Positions 49,721 through 59,677 of a stretch of DNA of 64,000 nt are shown here, one piece after another. Source of the stretch: an uncultured Chitinophaga sp. (lineage in GTDB: Bacteria > Bacteroidota > Bacteroidia > Chitinophagales > Chitinophagaceae); assembly GCA_964581455.1 (NCBI GenBank), contig CAZOOT010000001.1, positions 2,807 to 66,806 on the forward strand, in the 5' to 3' direction. The position numbers and the translations under genes are program-made. Under the pieces are notes generated by a model. The model saw only the letters and a list, made by a program, of their open reading frames with translations, ran no database searches and was not told the DNA's origin. Each line of letters opens with the position of its first letter. Position 1 is the stretch's first letter.

Positions 49721-49762
49721 ATTAAAAAATAAAAAAACCAATGCTTTATTAAAGATTGGTTT
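49721..49762 (-). terminator. Intrinsic terminator after the transketolase subunit gene
   Basis: Stem AAACCAAT/ATTGGTTT with an inner CTTTA/TAAAG pairing. On the minus strand it is followed by TTTTTTTATTTTTT. Confidence 0.6.
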
Positions 49763-49782
49763 TAGGGTAAATTTTTTAATTA

Positions 49783-50736
49783 TTATTTTCTCGCCATTAC
49801 TTTTTCTGCTGCTGCAACAATATCCGGTATATCTAATCCGTATTTTTTTAATAATTCCTTTGGTGTACCACTTTCGCCAAAAGTATCTTTGGTGCCAACA
49901 TATTCGATTGGAATTGGAAAATTTTTAGCTGCACATTGTGCAATGGCATCACCTAAGCCGCCAATTACATTATGTTCTTCTGCAGTTACAGCACATTTTG
50001 TTTTACGAATGGAGTTGATGACAGCACTTGCATCAAGAGGTTTGATAGTGTGAATGTTTATTATTTCCACACTGATCCCTTTTTCCTGAAGTATTGCACC
50101 GGCTTGTATTGCATTCCAGACTAAATGGCCACAGGCAAAAATGGAAACATCGGTACCTTCTGAAAAAAATTGAGCCTTACCTATTTCAAAAGGAAGTTCA
50201 GAAGTAAAGATCGGCCATACCGGTCTTCCGAATCTTAAATAAACCGGTCCTGTATGATCTGCTATTGCCATGGTTGCTGCTTTTGTCTGGCTATAATCAC
50301 ATGGAACAATCACGGTCATGCCGGGCAGCATTTTCATTAATCCAATATCTTCCAGTATCTGGTGAGTTGCACCATCTTCACCAAGCGTAACTCCTGCATG
50401 TGATGCACAGATCTTCACATTTTTTCCGCTATAAGCAATGCTTTGACGTATCTGATCATATACACGGCCTGTAGAAAAATTTGCAAAGGTTGTTGTAAAA
50501 GGAATTTTTCCGCCAATAGTTAAACCGGCAGCTATTCCCATCATATTAGCTTCAGCAATTCCACACTGAATAAAACGATCAGGAAATTCTTTTATGAATT
50601 GCTGAAGTTTTAAAGAACCGGCCAGGTCAGCAGTAAGTGCTACGACATTTGGATTTTTCCTGGCAACTTCTACGATCCCATCACCAAATCCGCTGCGGGT
50701 GTCTTTATTTCCGGAAGGTTGAATTTCTTTTAACAT
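49783..50736 (-). CDS. Transketolase, C-terminal (pyrimidine-binding plus C-terminal domain) subunit
   Basis: FIQCGIAEANMMGIAAGL, THQILEDIGLMKMLPGM and the length of 317 aa match split-transketolase subunit B. Confidence 0.9.
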   Translation of the reverse strand: MLKEIQPSGNKDTRSGFGDGIVEVARKNPNVVALTADLAGSLKLQQFIKEFPDRFIQCGIAEANMMGIAAGLTIGGKIPFTTTFANFSTGRVYDQIRQSIAYSGKNVKICASHAGVTLGEDGATHQILEDIGLMKMLPGMTVIVPCDYSQTKAATMAIADHTGPVYLRFGRPVWPIFTSELPFEIGKAQFFSEGTDVSIFACGHLVWNAIQAGAILQEKGISVEIINIHTIKPLDASAVINSIRKTKCAVTAEEHNVIGGLGDAIAQCAAKNFPIPIEYVGTKDTFGESGTPKELLKKYGLDIPDIVAAAEKVMARK

Positions 50737-50917
50737 GATTAATTTTTAGTTGGGCAAATGTAAGCTAACCAAAGAAAACAGCAGACAATTAACTAAGAGA
50801 ATAAAAGAGTGAAGGAGAAAAAGTGGTGAAACAATAAATTGCAAAAATCTTAAAGCATTTGAAAGATTTTTCTGCAAACTCATTTACCTCTTTTTCCTTT
50901 TTTTAATCTCTTAGCAC

Positions 50918-51973
50918 TTAATTCAACTCTCCTGGTTTTCCGGAAAACACTTTCTCATCTGCTTTTAGTCTTTGTTCCCATTTCCAGGCTGACTTTACCA
51001 TATCATCAAGTGAATATTTTGGCTCCCAACCAAGGGATTTTTTTGCTTCATCATTATTGGCATAAATAGCCATTATATCACCTGGTCTTCTCGGGCCAAT
51101 TATGTAATTCAATTTTACACCACTGGTTTTTTCAAAAGCATTAATTGCTTCCAGTACGGTTACACCATGGCCGGTTCCAAGATTAAATGCTTCACAGGAA
51201 GATTTATTTTTGCCTTCAGCAACATAATCGACTGCAAGTGTATGTGCATTTGCTATATCGCAAACGTGTACAAAATCACGGATACAGCTACCATCTCTCG
51301 TAGGATAATCGTTTCCATAAACAATCATTTGCGGCAAATTACCAATAGCAGTTTGTGTAATCGCTGGAAAAAGATTCTGAGGTTTGCCAACCGGCATTTC
51401 TCCGATGATTGCAGATTCATGGGCTCCAACCGGATTAAAATACCTGAGCAGAATACAATTAGTTGAAGAACTGTTTGCAAATTCTGTTACTATTTGTTCA
51501 CCCATTTGTTTGGTAGCACCATAAGGAGATTCAGCAGGCTTTAATGGTGTATTTTCTGTAACAGGACTATTATCCGGACTGCCATATACTGTACATGAAG
51601 ATGAGAAAACAAACCAGGGAATTTCAAATTCTTTTACGCATTTCAACAAATTGATCAGGGAAAAAAGGTTGTTCTCAAAATACATTAAAGGATCTACTAC
51701 GGACTCATTCACTGATTTGAAAGCTGCGAAATGTATGACGCCCCTGATATCAATATTTTCCTGGAAGATGGCATGTGTATCATCAAAATTGCAAAGATCA
51801 ACTTTATAATTTTTTATTTTTTGCCCGGTTATTTTTTCTACCCGTTCCAGCATAGTCTCATTCGATCTTGAGTTGTTATCTACACAAACAACATCATACC
51901 CGTTTTCAATCAGATCAACGATTGTATGAGAGCCAATATATCCGCATCCACCGGTCACTAAAATTTTTACCAT
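50918..51973 (-). CDS. galE: UDP-glucose 4-epimerase
   Basis: Rossmann motif ILVTGGCGYIGSH, catalytic YGATK in SPYGATKQM, and the SDR extended-family layout. Confidence 0.9.
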   Translation of the reverse strand: MVKILVTGGCGYIGSHTIVDLIENGYDVVCVDNNSRSNETMLERVEKITGQKIKNYKVDLCNFDDTHAIFQENIDIRGVIHFAAFKSVNESVVDPLMYFENNLFSLINLLKCVKEFEIPWFVFSSSCTVYGSPDNSPVTENTPLKPAESPYGATKQMGEQIVTEFANSSSTNCILLRYFNPVGAHESAIIGEMPVGKPQNLFPAITQTAIGNLPQMIVYGNDYPTRDGSCIRDFVHVCDIANAHTLAVDYVAEGKNKSSCEAFNLGTGHGVTVLEAINAFEKTSGVKLNYIIGPRRPGDIMAIYANNDEAKKSLGWEPKYSLDDMVKSAWKWEQRLKADEKVFSGKPGELN

Positions 51974-52019
51974 GAAATATTATTTCAGGCAAAAATCGGG
52001 AAAAAGGACATAGATTAGG

Positions 52020-53216
52020 CTAGAAAAAATTTCTAACTATAGCATAAGTACCGGCTGCCAGTAAAGCACTTACAGGGATTGTTAACACCCAGGCCCACAA
52101 AAGATTTATTGTAACTCCCCATCGAACAGCAGAAAGTCTTTTTGTAGCACCTACACCCATGATAGCTCCGGTTATTGTATGTGTGGTACTCACCGGGGCT
52201 TTAAGCGCTTCTGTCATGAATAAAGTAATGGCGCCTGCAGTTTCTGCTGCCACCCCTTCAAATGGAGTTACCTTTGTAATTTTTGTGCCCATGGTTTTCA
52301 CAATTCGCCAACCACCTGCCATCGTACCAAGGCCCATAGCCAGGTGTGCGGCAAATGGAACCCATAAAGGCAATTCTTTTACATCGTTAATTTGACCAAC
52401 AGCAATCATAGCTGCAGCAATAATTCCCATTGCTTTTTGTGCATCATTTCCGCCATGACCAATACTGAATGCTGCAGCTGAAACTAATTGCAACCGTTTA
52501 AACCATGCATTTGATCTGTGTGTATTAAGGGTATTAAGAAAAAAAGAAAAAATTGCCATCGTGCTGATGATGGAACAAAGAAGAATCCACTTAAAATTTT
52601 TAGAATAAAAAACTACTTTAAGAAAATAGGAATCGTATTTCGATTTCAATTTTTCAGGATCCAGTTCAAGGTTATAGTAAAGGAACAAGCCAACAAAAAT
52701 CAATACCAGTATGGCAACATATTTAGGCACATTTCCTTTGCGGAAAGAGTTAAGAAACCACAATGACATTATAAGTGCCATGATCATTCCAATTACCGGT
52801 GCTGCAAAAATGAAAGATGCGGTTTTAATTATCGGACCAGGGCTGATAGATGTGAATCCGGCATGAGCAATAGCGGCTCCCGCAAAACCTCCAATCAGCG
52901 TATGGGAAGAGGATGAAGGAATTCCAAACCACCAGGTTAACAGGTTCCAGGCTATTGCTGCAATCAGTCCGGAAAATATAAGCGGTAAAGTAATAAATTC
53001 TTTATGTACGGTTTTGGAGATGGTAGAGGCTACATTGAAATCAGTAAAAATATACAGAGCTATAAAATTGAAAAAAGCTGCCCAGAGTACAGCCTGAAAA
53101 GGTGTCAATACTTTAGTGGAAACTATTGTAGCTATTGAATTGGCGGCATCATGAAAGCCGTTAATAAAATCAAAGATCAGCGTAAGAGCTATAACAACAA
53201 ACAGGAAAGTAATCAT
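52020..53216 (-). CDS. Inorganic phosphate transporter, PiT family
   Basis: The duplicated PiT signature GFHDAANSIAT / HGGNDAQKAMGI, in a polytopic membrane protein. Confidence 0.9.
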   Translation of the reverse strand: MITFLFVVIALTLIFDFINGFHDAANSIATIVSTKVLTPFQAVLWAAFFNFIALYIFTDFNVASTISKTVHKEFITLPLIFSGLIAAIAWNLLTWWFGIPSSSSHTLIGGFAGAAIAHAGFTSISPGPIIKTASFIFAAPVIGMIMALIMSLWFLNSFRKGNVPKYVAILVLIFVGLFLYYNLELDPEKLKSKYDSYFLKVVFYSKNFKWILLCSIISTMAIFSFFLNTLNTHRSNAWFKRLQLVSAAAFSIGHGGNDAQKAMGIIAAAMIAVGQINDVKELPLWVPFAAHLAMGLGTMAGGWRIVKTMGTKITKVTPFEGVAAETAGAITLFMTEALKAPVSTTHTITGAIMGVGATKRLSAVRWGVTINLLWAWVLTIPVSALLAAGTYAIVRNFF

Positions 53217-53317
53217 AAATTTTAATTTGCTGGTGTGCCGATTGTAAATATGCTAATAACCAATCCCAACTTTTTAAAATTACCTTATTAGCACATTTGC
53301 AAATTGGCACATTGTTA

Positions 53318-53965
53318 TTATGCGTATTTAATTAATATTGATTCAATCACATTTGCCGCATCTTCACATTTATCTGTGGCCACTTCCATAACCATATAGA
53401 TCTCTCTTTTCTTAATTACTTCTTTGGCGTTGGGTTCTGTTTCAAAAAGACGCTCAATGCTCATGTCAAACACATCATCAGCCTGGTTTTCCAAACTATT
53501 AATTTTTACAAGTGATTCTGTGATCTGACGAACATTCTTCATATCTCTTAATCCGATTACGGCCATATAAACAAGGTTGGCACTTTGTTCAATGATCTCC
53601 GCTAATTTTTGAATACCAATATCATTCGGGTTGACTTTATAAAAATTGATTTTTTTTGCAGAAGCATAAACCGTATCAGCAATATCATCAATTGATGTAG
53701 CCAGGTAATGAATATCTTCTCTGTCAAAAGGAGTAATGAAATTTCTTCCCAGTTCTGTAAAAATATTATGCGTCAGGTCATCATTGGCATGTTCCAGGTC
53801 TTCTATCTGGGTGATGATGGCAGCCCGTTTATCAAAGTCGGGTTCGGCCACCAGCTCTTTGAGCTTTTTTCCCATAATGGCTGCATTGTTTGCTACTTTT
53901 TCAAAAAGATCATAAAATATTTTGTTCTTTGGAACAAATATTCTCATAATTGAATTTAATGCCAT
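53318..53965 (-). CDS. DUF47 / PhoU-like PiT accessory protein
   Basis: 215-aa all-helical protein directly upstream of PiT. The motifs EHANDDLTHNI and ENQADDV are as in the TIGR00153/DUF47 family. Confidence 0.85.
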   Translation of the reverse strand: MALNSIMRIFVPKNKIFYDLFEKVANNAAIMGKKLKELVAEPDFDKRAAIITQIEDLEHANDDLTHNIFTELGRNFITPFDREDIHYLATSIDDIADTVYASAKKINFYKVNPNDIGIQKLAEIIEQSANLVYMAVIGLRDMKNVRQITESLVKINSLENQADDVFDMSIERLFETEPNAKEVIKKREIYMVMEVATDKCEDAANVIESILIKYA

Positions 53966-54089
53966 GCTTATTTTATTTTTAGCAAAGGTGTATAAATCGG
54001 TATCTGAAAAACAATTCGATCTGATTGGTAATAATTTATTAACATTGGGCGATTTATGGTGATTGCTTTATAACCAATATTAATTAATT

Positions 54090-55322
54090 ATGATTTTAAT
54101 GTTAAGTAAACGCTTTTTTCTGATTTTATTAATTTTTATTTCTTTTTATCCTTTTGCGGAAGCTCAAAACCCCGATGGAGAAACGCTAAAGACTTCGGTC
54201 CCAACCAAAAAAAACTGGTATGAATCGTTTAGTATCCGCGGATATGCCCAGGTGCGGTATAATCGGCTTTTAGAAACAAACCCCAGGTTGAGCTGTGAAC
54301 AATGTGATAAATCCTGGGGCGAGGGGGGTGGATTCTTTTTACGTCGAATCCGCATCATATTCAGCGGGGATGTTCATGAAAGGGTTTATATATATATTCA
54401 ACCCGATTTTGCTTCTTCAGCGTCTTCTACAGGATTACATTTTGCTCAAATAAGGGATGCCTATTTTGATGTTTCATTGGACAAAAAGAAAGAATTTCGT
54501 TTCCGTTTTGGCCAAAGCAAAGTGCCGTTTGGATTTGAAAACATGCAATCCAGTCAAAACAGATTGCCACTTGACCGAAATGATGGACTAAACAGCGCAG
54601 TATCCAATGAAAGGGATCTGGGTGTATTTTTTTACTGGGCCCCCATTGAAAAAAGACAATTGCTGGCATCTCTTGTAAGGGATGGATACAAGGGTTCCGG
54701 AGACTATGGAGTTTTTGGGTTCGGGGCATATAATGGACAAACAGCAAATAAACCCGAACAAAATTTAAATAGGCATATAGTAACAAGATTTTCTTACCCT
54801 GTTAAAATAAATAATCAGGTTATAGAACCCGGTATTCAGGCATATACAGGAAAGTATATATTGCCTGCAGATCTCAGAAGTGCTGGTATAAAGGGACCAA
54901 AGAATTTTGAATTTGCAGACCAGCGGGTAGCTGCTACATTTGTTTTATATCCAAAACCATTTGGAATTCAGGCAGAGTACAATATCGGGAAAGGACCTGA
55001 ATTTGATAAAAAAACAGATTCAGTTATAACAAGAGATCTAAAAGGAGGATATATTACCGCTTCTTACATGCTAAAAGCAAAAGAGCAAATCATCATCCCT
55101 TTCACCAGGTATCATTATTATGATGGTGGCAAGAAACATGAATTGGATGCCCGCAGCTATAAAGTAAATGAACTGGAAATAGGAGTGGAGTGGCAGCCAA
55201 TCAGGAACTTTGAATTAGTGGCTATGTACACAATTTCAAAAAGAAGATTCGAAGATTTTAAACTCCGGGATAACCTTCAAAAAGGAAATTTGATCAGGTT
55301 GCAGGCCCAGATGAATTTTTAA
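54090..55322 (+). CDS. Porin of the phosphate-selective OprO/OprP family
   Basis: Signal peptide, IRGYAQVRYN near the N-terminus, FRFGQSKVPFGFEN, and a C-terminal ..LQAQMNF beta-signal. Confidence 0.7.
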   Translation: MILMLSKRFFLILLIFISFYPFAEAQNPDGETLKTSVPTKKNWYESFSIRGYAQVRYNRLLETNPRLSCEQCDKSWGEGGGFFLRRIRIIFSGDVHERVYIYIQPDFASSASSTGLHFAQIRDAYFDVSLDKKKEFRFRFGQSKVPFGFENMQSSQNRLPLDRNDGLNSAVSNERDLGVFFYWAPIEKRQLLASLVRDGYKGSGDYGVFGFGAYNGQTANKPEQNLNRHIVTRFSYPVKINNQVIEPGIQAYTGKYILPADLRSAGIKGPKNFEFADQRVAATFVLYPKPFGIQAEYNIGKGPEFDKKTDSVITRDLKGGYITASYMLKAKEQIIIPFTRYHYYDGGKKHELDARSYKVNELEIGVEWQPIRNFELVAMYTISKRRFEDFKLRDNLQKGNLIRLQAQMNF

Positions 55323-55345
55323 TATTTTTTATTCAGAATCCAAAC

Positions 55346-55411
55346 ATAACAGTAAGGTAACATAAGCATTACAATTGCATAATACAGGCGTAACAGTTTC
55401 GTAATACGCTC
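55346..55411 (+). promoter_or_regulatory. Six helically phased 11-bp direct repeats (RTWAYA-N5): candidate OmpR/PhoB-type activator array
   Basis: The units are ATAACAgtaag GTAACAtaagc ATTACAattgc ATAATAcaggc GTAACAgtttc GTAATAcgctc, with an exact 11-nt period, ending 4 nt before the -7 box. Confidence 0.5.
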
Positions 55412-55415
55412 CGGG

Positions 55416-55423
55416 TAGTTTTG
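55416..55423 (+). promoter_or_regulatory. -7 box (TAgtTTTG) of the TonB-dependent receptor promoter
   Basis: Perfect TAnnTTTG match 22 nt upstream of the GTG at 55445. There is no TTTG at the -33 position. Confidence 0.5.
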
Positions 55424-55444
55424 CCTCAATAAAAAACAATAATT

Positions 55445-58237
55445 GTGAGCAAAATTATCAACACAGTACTCCTTAGTTTATTCTGCTTTTCATTTACAGC
55501 CTCCGCTCAAAGCGGAAAAATTGCCGGAAAAATAAAAGACTTGAAATCAAACGACCTGCTGATTGGCGCCAGTATTATAATTAAAGGACAATCCAAAGGT
55601 ATTTCAACCAGCATAGAAGGCACCTATAATATGAATGTGGAACCAGGCACTTATATATTGCTGGTATCCTACTCTGGTTATCTCACAAAAGAAATTTCGG
55701 GAGTTACTGTAAAACCAGGAGAACTGACCGAATTAGATATTACACTGGAAATACAATCCAAAGAAATGTCAGCAGTGATCATAACTGCCTCAGCTAAAAA
55801 GGAATCTATTAATACACTTTATAACCTGCAACGTACAGAGGCGGGTATGAGTGATGGAATAGCAGCTGATGTAATTAAAAAATCACCGGATAAAAATACC
55901 GGTGCCATCTTAAAAAGAGTAAGTGGCGCTTCTGTTCAGGAAAATAAATTTGTGGTGGTTCGTGGCCTGGCCGACAGGTACAATGGAGCCATGATCAATA
56001 ATTCCGTTTTACCCAGCAGTGAACCAGATAGAAAAGCATTTTCATTTGATATTATTCCTTCAAGTCTTGTTGATAATATTATTATAAACAAAACCGCATC
56101 TCCCGATCTGCCCGGTGATTTTAGTGGCGGCATGGTACAGGTAAATACTAAAGATGTTCCTGCCAGAAATTTCCTCAGCATTGGCGTTGGACTCGGTGCA
56201 AACACACAAACTACTTTCAGGAAATTCAAATCAGGTGTGCAGGGAAATTTAGATTTTCTGGGATTTGATGACGGTACCCGCAATATGCCAGCAGCTTTTC
56301 CAAAATCAAGAACAAAATACAACAGCTCCACAGCGGATGATCAATTAGCATTTTCAAAAATGTTTGATAATAATTTCAGTCATCGGAAAACTTCCACCTC
56401 TTTACCGGCGCAAAACATGCAATTGACTTTTGGAAACCGGAAAGATATTTCCCCGGGTAGTTATTTCGGTACTGTACTTTCACTCACGTATCAGCATGCA
56501 CAGTCAATTAATGAAAGTAACAGAAAGGATTTTGAAAGTGCAGGAATCACTTCTTATGAGTATCATGATGTGTTGTTTAAAAACATATCCAGCCTCGGTA
56601 CCCTAGCCAATTTTTCTTTTGTAAAAGGAAACAATAAGTTCTCGCTGAAAAATATTTTCAACAGGTCATTTGAAAACACGTTTACAACCAGAAACGGATA
56701 TAACTATGATAACGACCAGGACATCAACCTGGAAAATGGAACTACTGCCAATGACCTTCTGATTAAAACACTGATCAGTTCACAGTTGGAAGGAGATCAC
56801 CGGCTGGGAGAAAATAATCAAAAGCTGAACTGGAATATCAATTTTGCAGTTACCAACCGTGATCAACCGGACCTTGCGGTGATCTCTTATTTCAAACCCA
56901 TCAGTACACCAACAGCTCCCTACTCAGTTATTCTCCGGCCTCAAAACACATTTCGTTTTTTCAGCAACCTGAATGAAAATGCAACCGGTGGAAATATTAA
57001 TTATTCACTTCCATTTAAATGGAATGATGAAAAACAAATTATTAAAACAGGATATTCCGGTCAATATAAAACAAGAGAGTTCCAGACAAGATTCCTCACC
57101 TATAAGAAAAGCCCTTACGGTACTTTTAATGAAAGCCTGTTAACCTTATCTCCCAAAGAAATATTTAATAAAGAAAATATCAATGCCAATGGATTCATAA
57201 TCGAAGATATAACCAGCAATACCGATCGTTATAGCGCTTCATCATTTTTAAATGCAGGTTATGTTCTTTCAGATAACCGGTTTACAGACAAAACAAGGTT
57301 GGTTTGGGGAATCAGGGTAGAAAGTTTCAATCAGAAAGTAAGTACACGGGATCTGTCGGGCCGTATAGTAGAAGTGAATAATAATAATTTTGATATTTTA
57401 CCTTCAGCTGCCTTTACTTATAGTTTTACCCGGAAACAGAATCTGAAATTTGCTTTATCACAAACTGTTTCCAGGCCCGAATTCCGGGAACTGGCTAATT
57501 TCTCCTACTATGATTTTGTAACCAACAGTTCTGTAATAGGGAATCCTGCTCTGGAACGCAGTTTAAATACAAATGCAGACATCCGCTATGAAATATTTCC
57601 AAAAGCAGGGGAGATTATTTCAGTATCCGGATTTTATAAGAGTTTTAAAAACCCGATCGAACAGGCAATACTTTCAGGATCAGTTCCCAGCAATCGTATC
57701 CGCACATTCATCAATTCTGATAAAGCAGATACTTACGGAGCAGAACTGGAAATCAGAAAGCAACTTAGTTTTCTTGGTGAAAAAAACTGGCTGGAAAATA
57801 TAATAGTTTATACCAACCTATCCATCATTAAGTCTGCAGTTAATATTGCTTCATTAAATCTTGAAACAAAAGAACGTCCGCTGCAGGGCCAGTCACCCTA
57901 CCTGGTCAATGCCGGAATTCTTTATAACACGGTTAATAATGGCCTTGCATTCAGCTTGCTTTATAACCGGACAGGTGAAAGAATTGCTGACGTAGGATTT
58001 GCCGGTTACCCGGACATCTATGAAAGGGCGAGGGATATACTGGACTTTCAGGTAAGTAAGCAGGTTGGAAAAAATGGCGAATTAAAACTTAATGTCTCAG
58101 ACCTTTTGAATCAAAAAACAATCTTTTACCAGAACCTGGATGATAAAAAAATATATAATAAAAAAAATGACCAGGTGGTAAACGATATAAAATATGGCAG
58201 CAGTATTTCAATTGCCTATACTTATAATTTCAATTAA
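55445..58237 (+). CDS. TonB-dependent receptor (930 aa) with a carboxypeptidase-regulatory-like N-terminal domain
   Basis: Signal peptide, GKIAGKIKDLKSNDLLIGASIII, the plug (VVVRGLADRYNGAMINN) and a C-terminal barrel ending SISIAYTYNFN. Confidence 0.9.
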   Translation: MSKIINTVLLSLFCFSFTASAQSGKIAGKIKDLKSNDLLIGASIIIKGQSKGISTSIEGTYNMNVEPGTYILLVSYSGYLTKEISGVTVKPGELTELDITLEIQSKEMSAVIITASAKKESINTLYNLQRTEAGMSDGIAADVIKKSPDKNTGAILKRVSGASVQENKFVVVRGLADRYNGAMINNSVLPSSEPDRKAFSFDIIPSSLVDNIIINKTASPDLPGDFSGGMVQVNTKDVPARNFLSIGVGLGANTQTTFRKFKSGVQGNLDFLGFDDGTRNMPAAFPKSRTKYNSSTADDQLAFSKMFDNNFSHRKTSTSLPAQNMQLTFGNRKDISPGSYFGTVLSLTYQHAQSINESNRKDFESAGITSYEYHDVLFKNISSLGTLANFSFVKGNNKFSLKNIFNRSFENTFTTRNGYNYDNDQDINLENGTTANDLLIKTLISSQLEGDHRLGENNQKLNWNINFAVTNRDQPDLAVISYFKPISTPTAPYSVILRPQNTFRFFSNLNENATGGNINYSLPFKWNDEKQIIKTGYSGQYKTREFQTRFLTYKKSPYGTFNESLLTLSPKEIFNKENINANGFIIEDITSNTDRYSASSFLNAGYVLSDNRFTDKTRLVWGIRVESFNQKVSTRDLSGRIVEVNNNNFDILPSAAFTYSFTRKQNLKFALSQTVSRPEFRELANFSYYDFVTNSSVIGNPALERSLNTNADIRYEIFPKAGEIISVSGFYKSFKNPIEQAILSGSVPSNRIRTFINSDKADTYGAELEIRKQLSFLGEKNWLENIIVYTNLSIIKSAVNIASLNLETKERPLQGQSPYLVNAGILYNTVNNGLAFSLLYNRTGERIADVGFAGYPDIYERARDILDFQVSKQVGKNGELKLNVSDLLNQKTIFYQNLDDKKIYNKKNDQVVNDIKYGSSISIAYTYNFN

Positions 58238-58264
58238 AAAATGATACAGGTAAAAATAAAAAAT

Positions 58265-59626
58265 ATGAAACGATTAAAATTTTCAGTTTGGATGATGATG
58301 CTGGCAGTCTTGTTATGGAGTTGTTCAAAAACCTATAACGCAGATGATGGAAATAACAATAGCGATGAGCCGGGTGTTATATCGGGAGAAGTAACAACTT
58401 ACACAAAACTTACCAAAGACAGAACCTGGCGATTAAAAGGATATGTATATGTAACTAATGGAGCTATCCTGGAAATAGAAGCCGGAACAGTTGTTAAAAG
58501 CGATACCACACAAAAAGGAGCACTGATTATTGAAAGAGGAGCAAAATTAATTGCTAATGGAACAGCCAGTCAACCCATTGTTTTTACTTCGGGAAAAACT
58601 GCAGGACAAAGGGCACCGGGGGACTGGGGTGGTATTATCATTCTTGGAAAAGCAACTATCAATCAGCCCGGGGGCCAGGCAACCATTGAGGGAGGAATTG
58701 GAAGAATGTATGGTGGCGGAGCAAACCCAAATGATAATGACAATTCAGGCATTCTTCGATTTATGAGAATAGAATTTGCAGGCATAGCAGCGCAACCTAA
58801 TTCTGAAATCAACGGACTTACACTGGGTGCTGTAGGAAGAGGAACAACCATTGAAAATATTCAGGTATCCTATGCAAATGATGATGCGTATGAATTTTTT
58901 GGCGGCACAGTCAATTGTCGTAACCTGATTGCCCTGGCAACGGCTGATGATGATTTCGATTTTGATTTTGGATACACAGGTATGATCCAGTATGCTGTAG
59001 CACTTCGGGATCCAAAATTTGTAGATGCCGGTGATGCCGGAAATGGTATTGAATGTGATAACGAAAACCCTTATTCCGGAAGAACACCATTTACAAGACC
59101 GGTACTTTCCAATTTCACGATCATTGGCCCAAACAATGCTCCGGGAACAGCACCCAACCACAACTTTGGAAATAGGTGGAGAAGGGGAACAAGATTTGTT
59201 TTCCGTAATTCAATTTTATTGGGCCATCAGAAAGGCGGATTCTCCATTGAATCTGATGCAAGTGCCGGTGCATACATGAGAGGCGAATCTCAGTTTATGA
59301 ACAATATTATTTATTCTGTAACTGCTCCATTCAAGATCAGTTCAGTGTCTGCCGATACATTAACTACAAATCAAATGGAAGCAAAAGCATTAGCCGAAGG
59401 ATGCATGAAATTTAATAGCAGTAATGAAGTGGGCCTGGCCAATCCATTTGACTTATTGAATCCGGATTTTCGCCCCAATGCAGGATCTCCTGCGATGTCC
59501 GGTTCAATGTTTTCAGGAGATTTGTCTAATTCATTTTTCCAGGCTGCTAATTTTCGTGGTGCATTTGGTGCTACCAACTGGATGGCAGGTTGGACATATT
59601 TTGATCCGAAGAACGGAAACTATTAA
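58265..59626 (+). CDS. Uncharacterised lipoprotein partner of the TonB-dependent receptor
   Basis: Lipobox LLWSCS. A Gly/Asn/Asp-rich beta-type sequence (APGDWGGIIILGKATIN, DDDFDFDFGYTG). I recognise no catalytic or SusD motif. It starts 27 nt after the receptor stop. Confidence 0.6.
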   Translation: MKRLKFSVWMMMLAVLLWSCSKTYNADDGNNNSDEPGVISGEVTTYTKLTKDRTWRLKGYVYVTNGAILEIEAGTVVKSDTTQKGALIIERGAKLIANGTASQPIVFTSGKTAGQRAPGDWGGIIILGKATINQPGGQATIEGGIGRMYGGGANPNDNDNSGILRFMRIEFAGIAAQPNSEINGLTLGAVGRGTTIENIQVSYANDDAYEFFGGTVNCRNLIALATADDDFDFDFGYTGMIQYAVALRDPKFVDAGDAGNGIECDNENPYSGRTPFTRPVLSNFTIIGPNNAPGTAPNHNFGNRWRRGTRFVFRNSILLGHQKGGFSIESDASAGAYMRGESQFMNNIIYSVTAPFKISSVSADTLTTNQMEAKALAEGCMKFNSSNEVGLANPFDLLNPDFRPNAGSPAMSGSMFSGDLSNSFFQAANFRGAFGATNWMAGWTYFDPKNGNY

Positions 59627-59652
59627 AATCATTATAACCTTATCAACTTAAG

Positions 59653-59677
59653 ATCCTGCTCCGGCAGGATTTTTTTA
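59653..59677 (+). terminator. Intrinsic terminator after the receptor-lipoprotein operon
   Basis: 7-bp stem ATCCTGC/GCAGGAT with loop TCCG, followed by TTTTTTT. Confidence 0.7.

Noticed and set aside
54028-54049. A two-unit Pho-box-like site (GTAATAatttaTTAACAttggg) in the PiT-DUF47 / porin divergent region.
   Set aside because: It is not reported as a feature. There are only two units, one of them imperfect, no TAnnTTTG box follows at the spacing seen in the receptor promoter, and the sequence is also a near-palindromic AT-rich stretch. It is mentioned only as weak support in the first finding.
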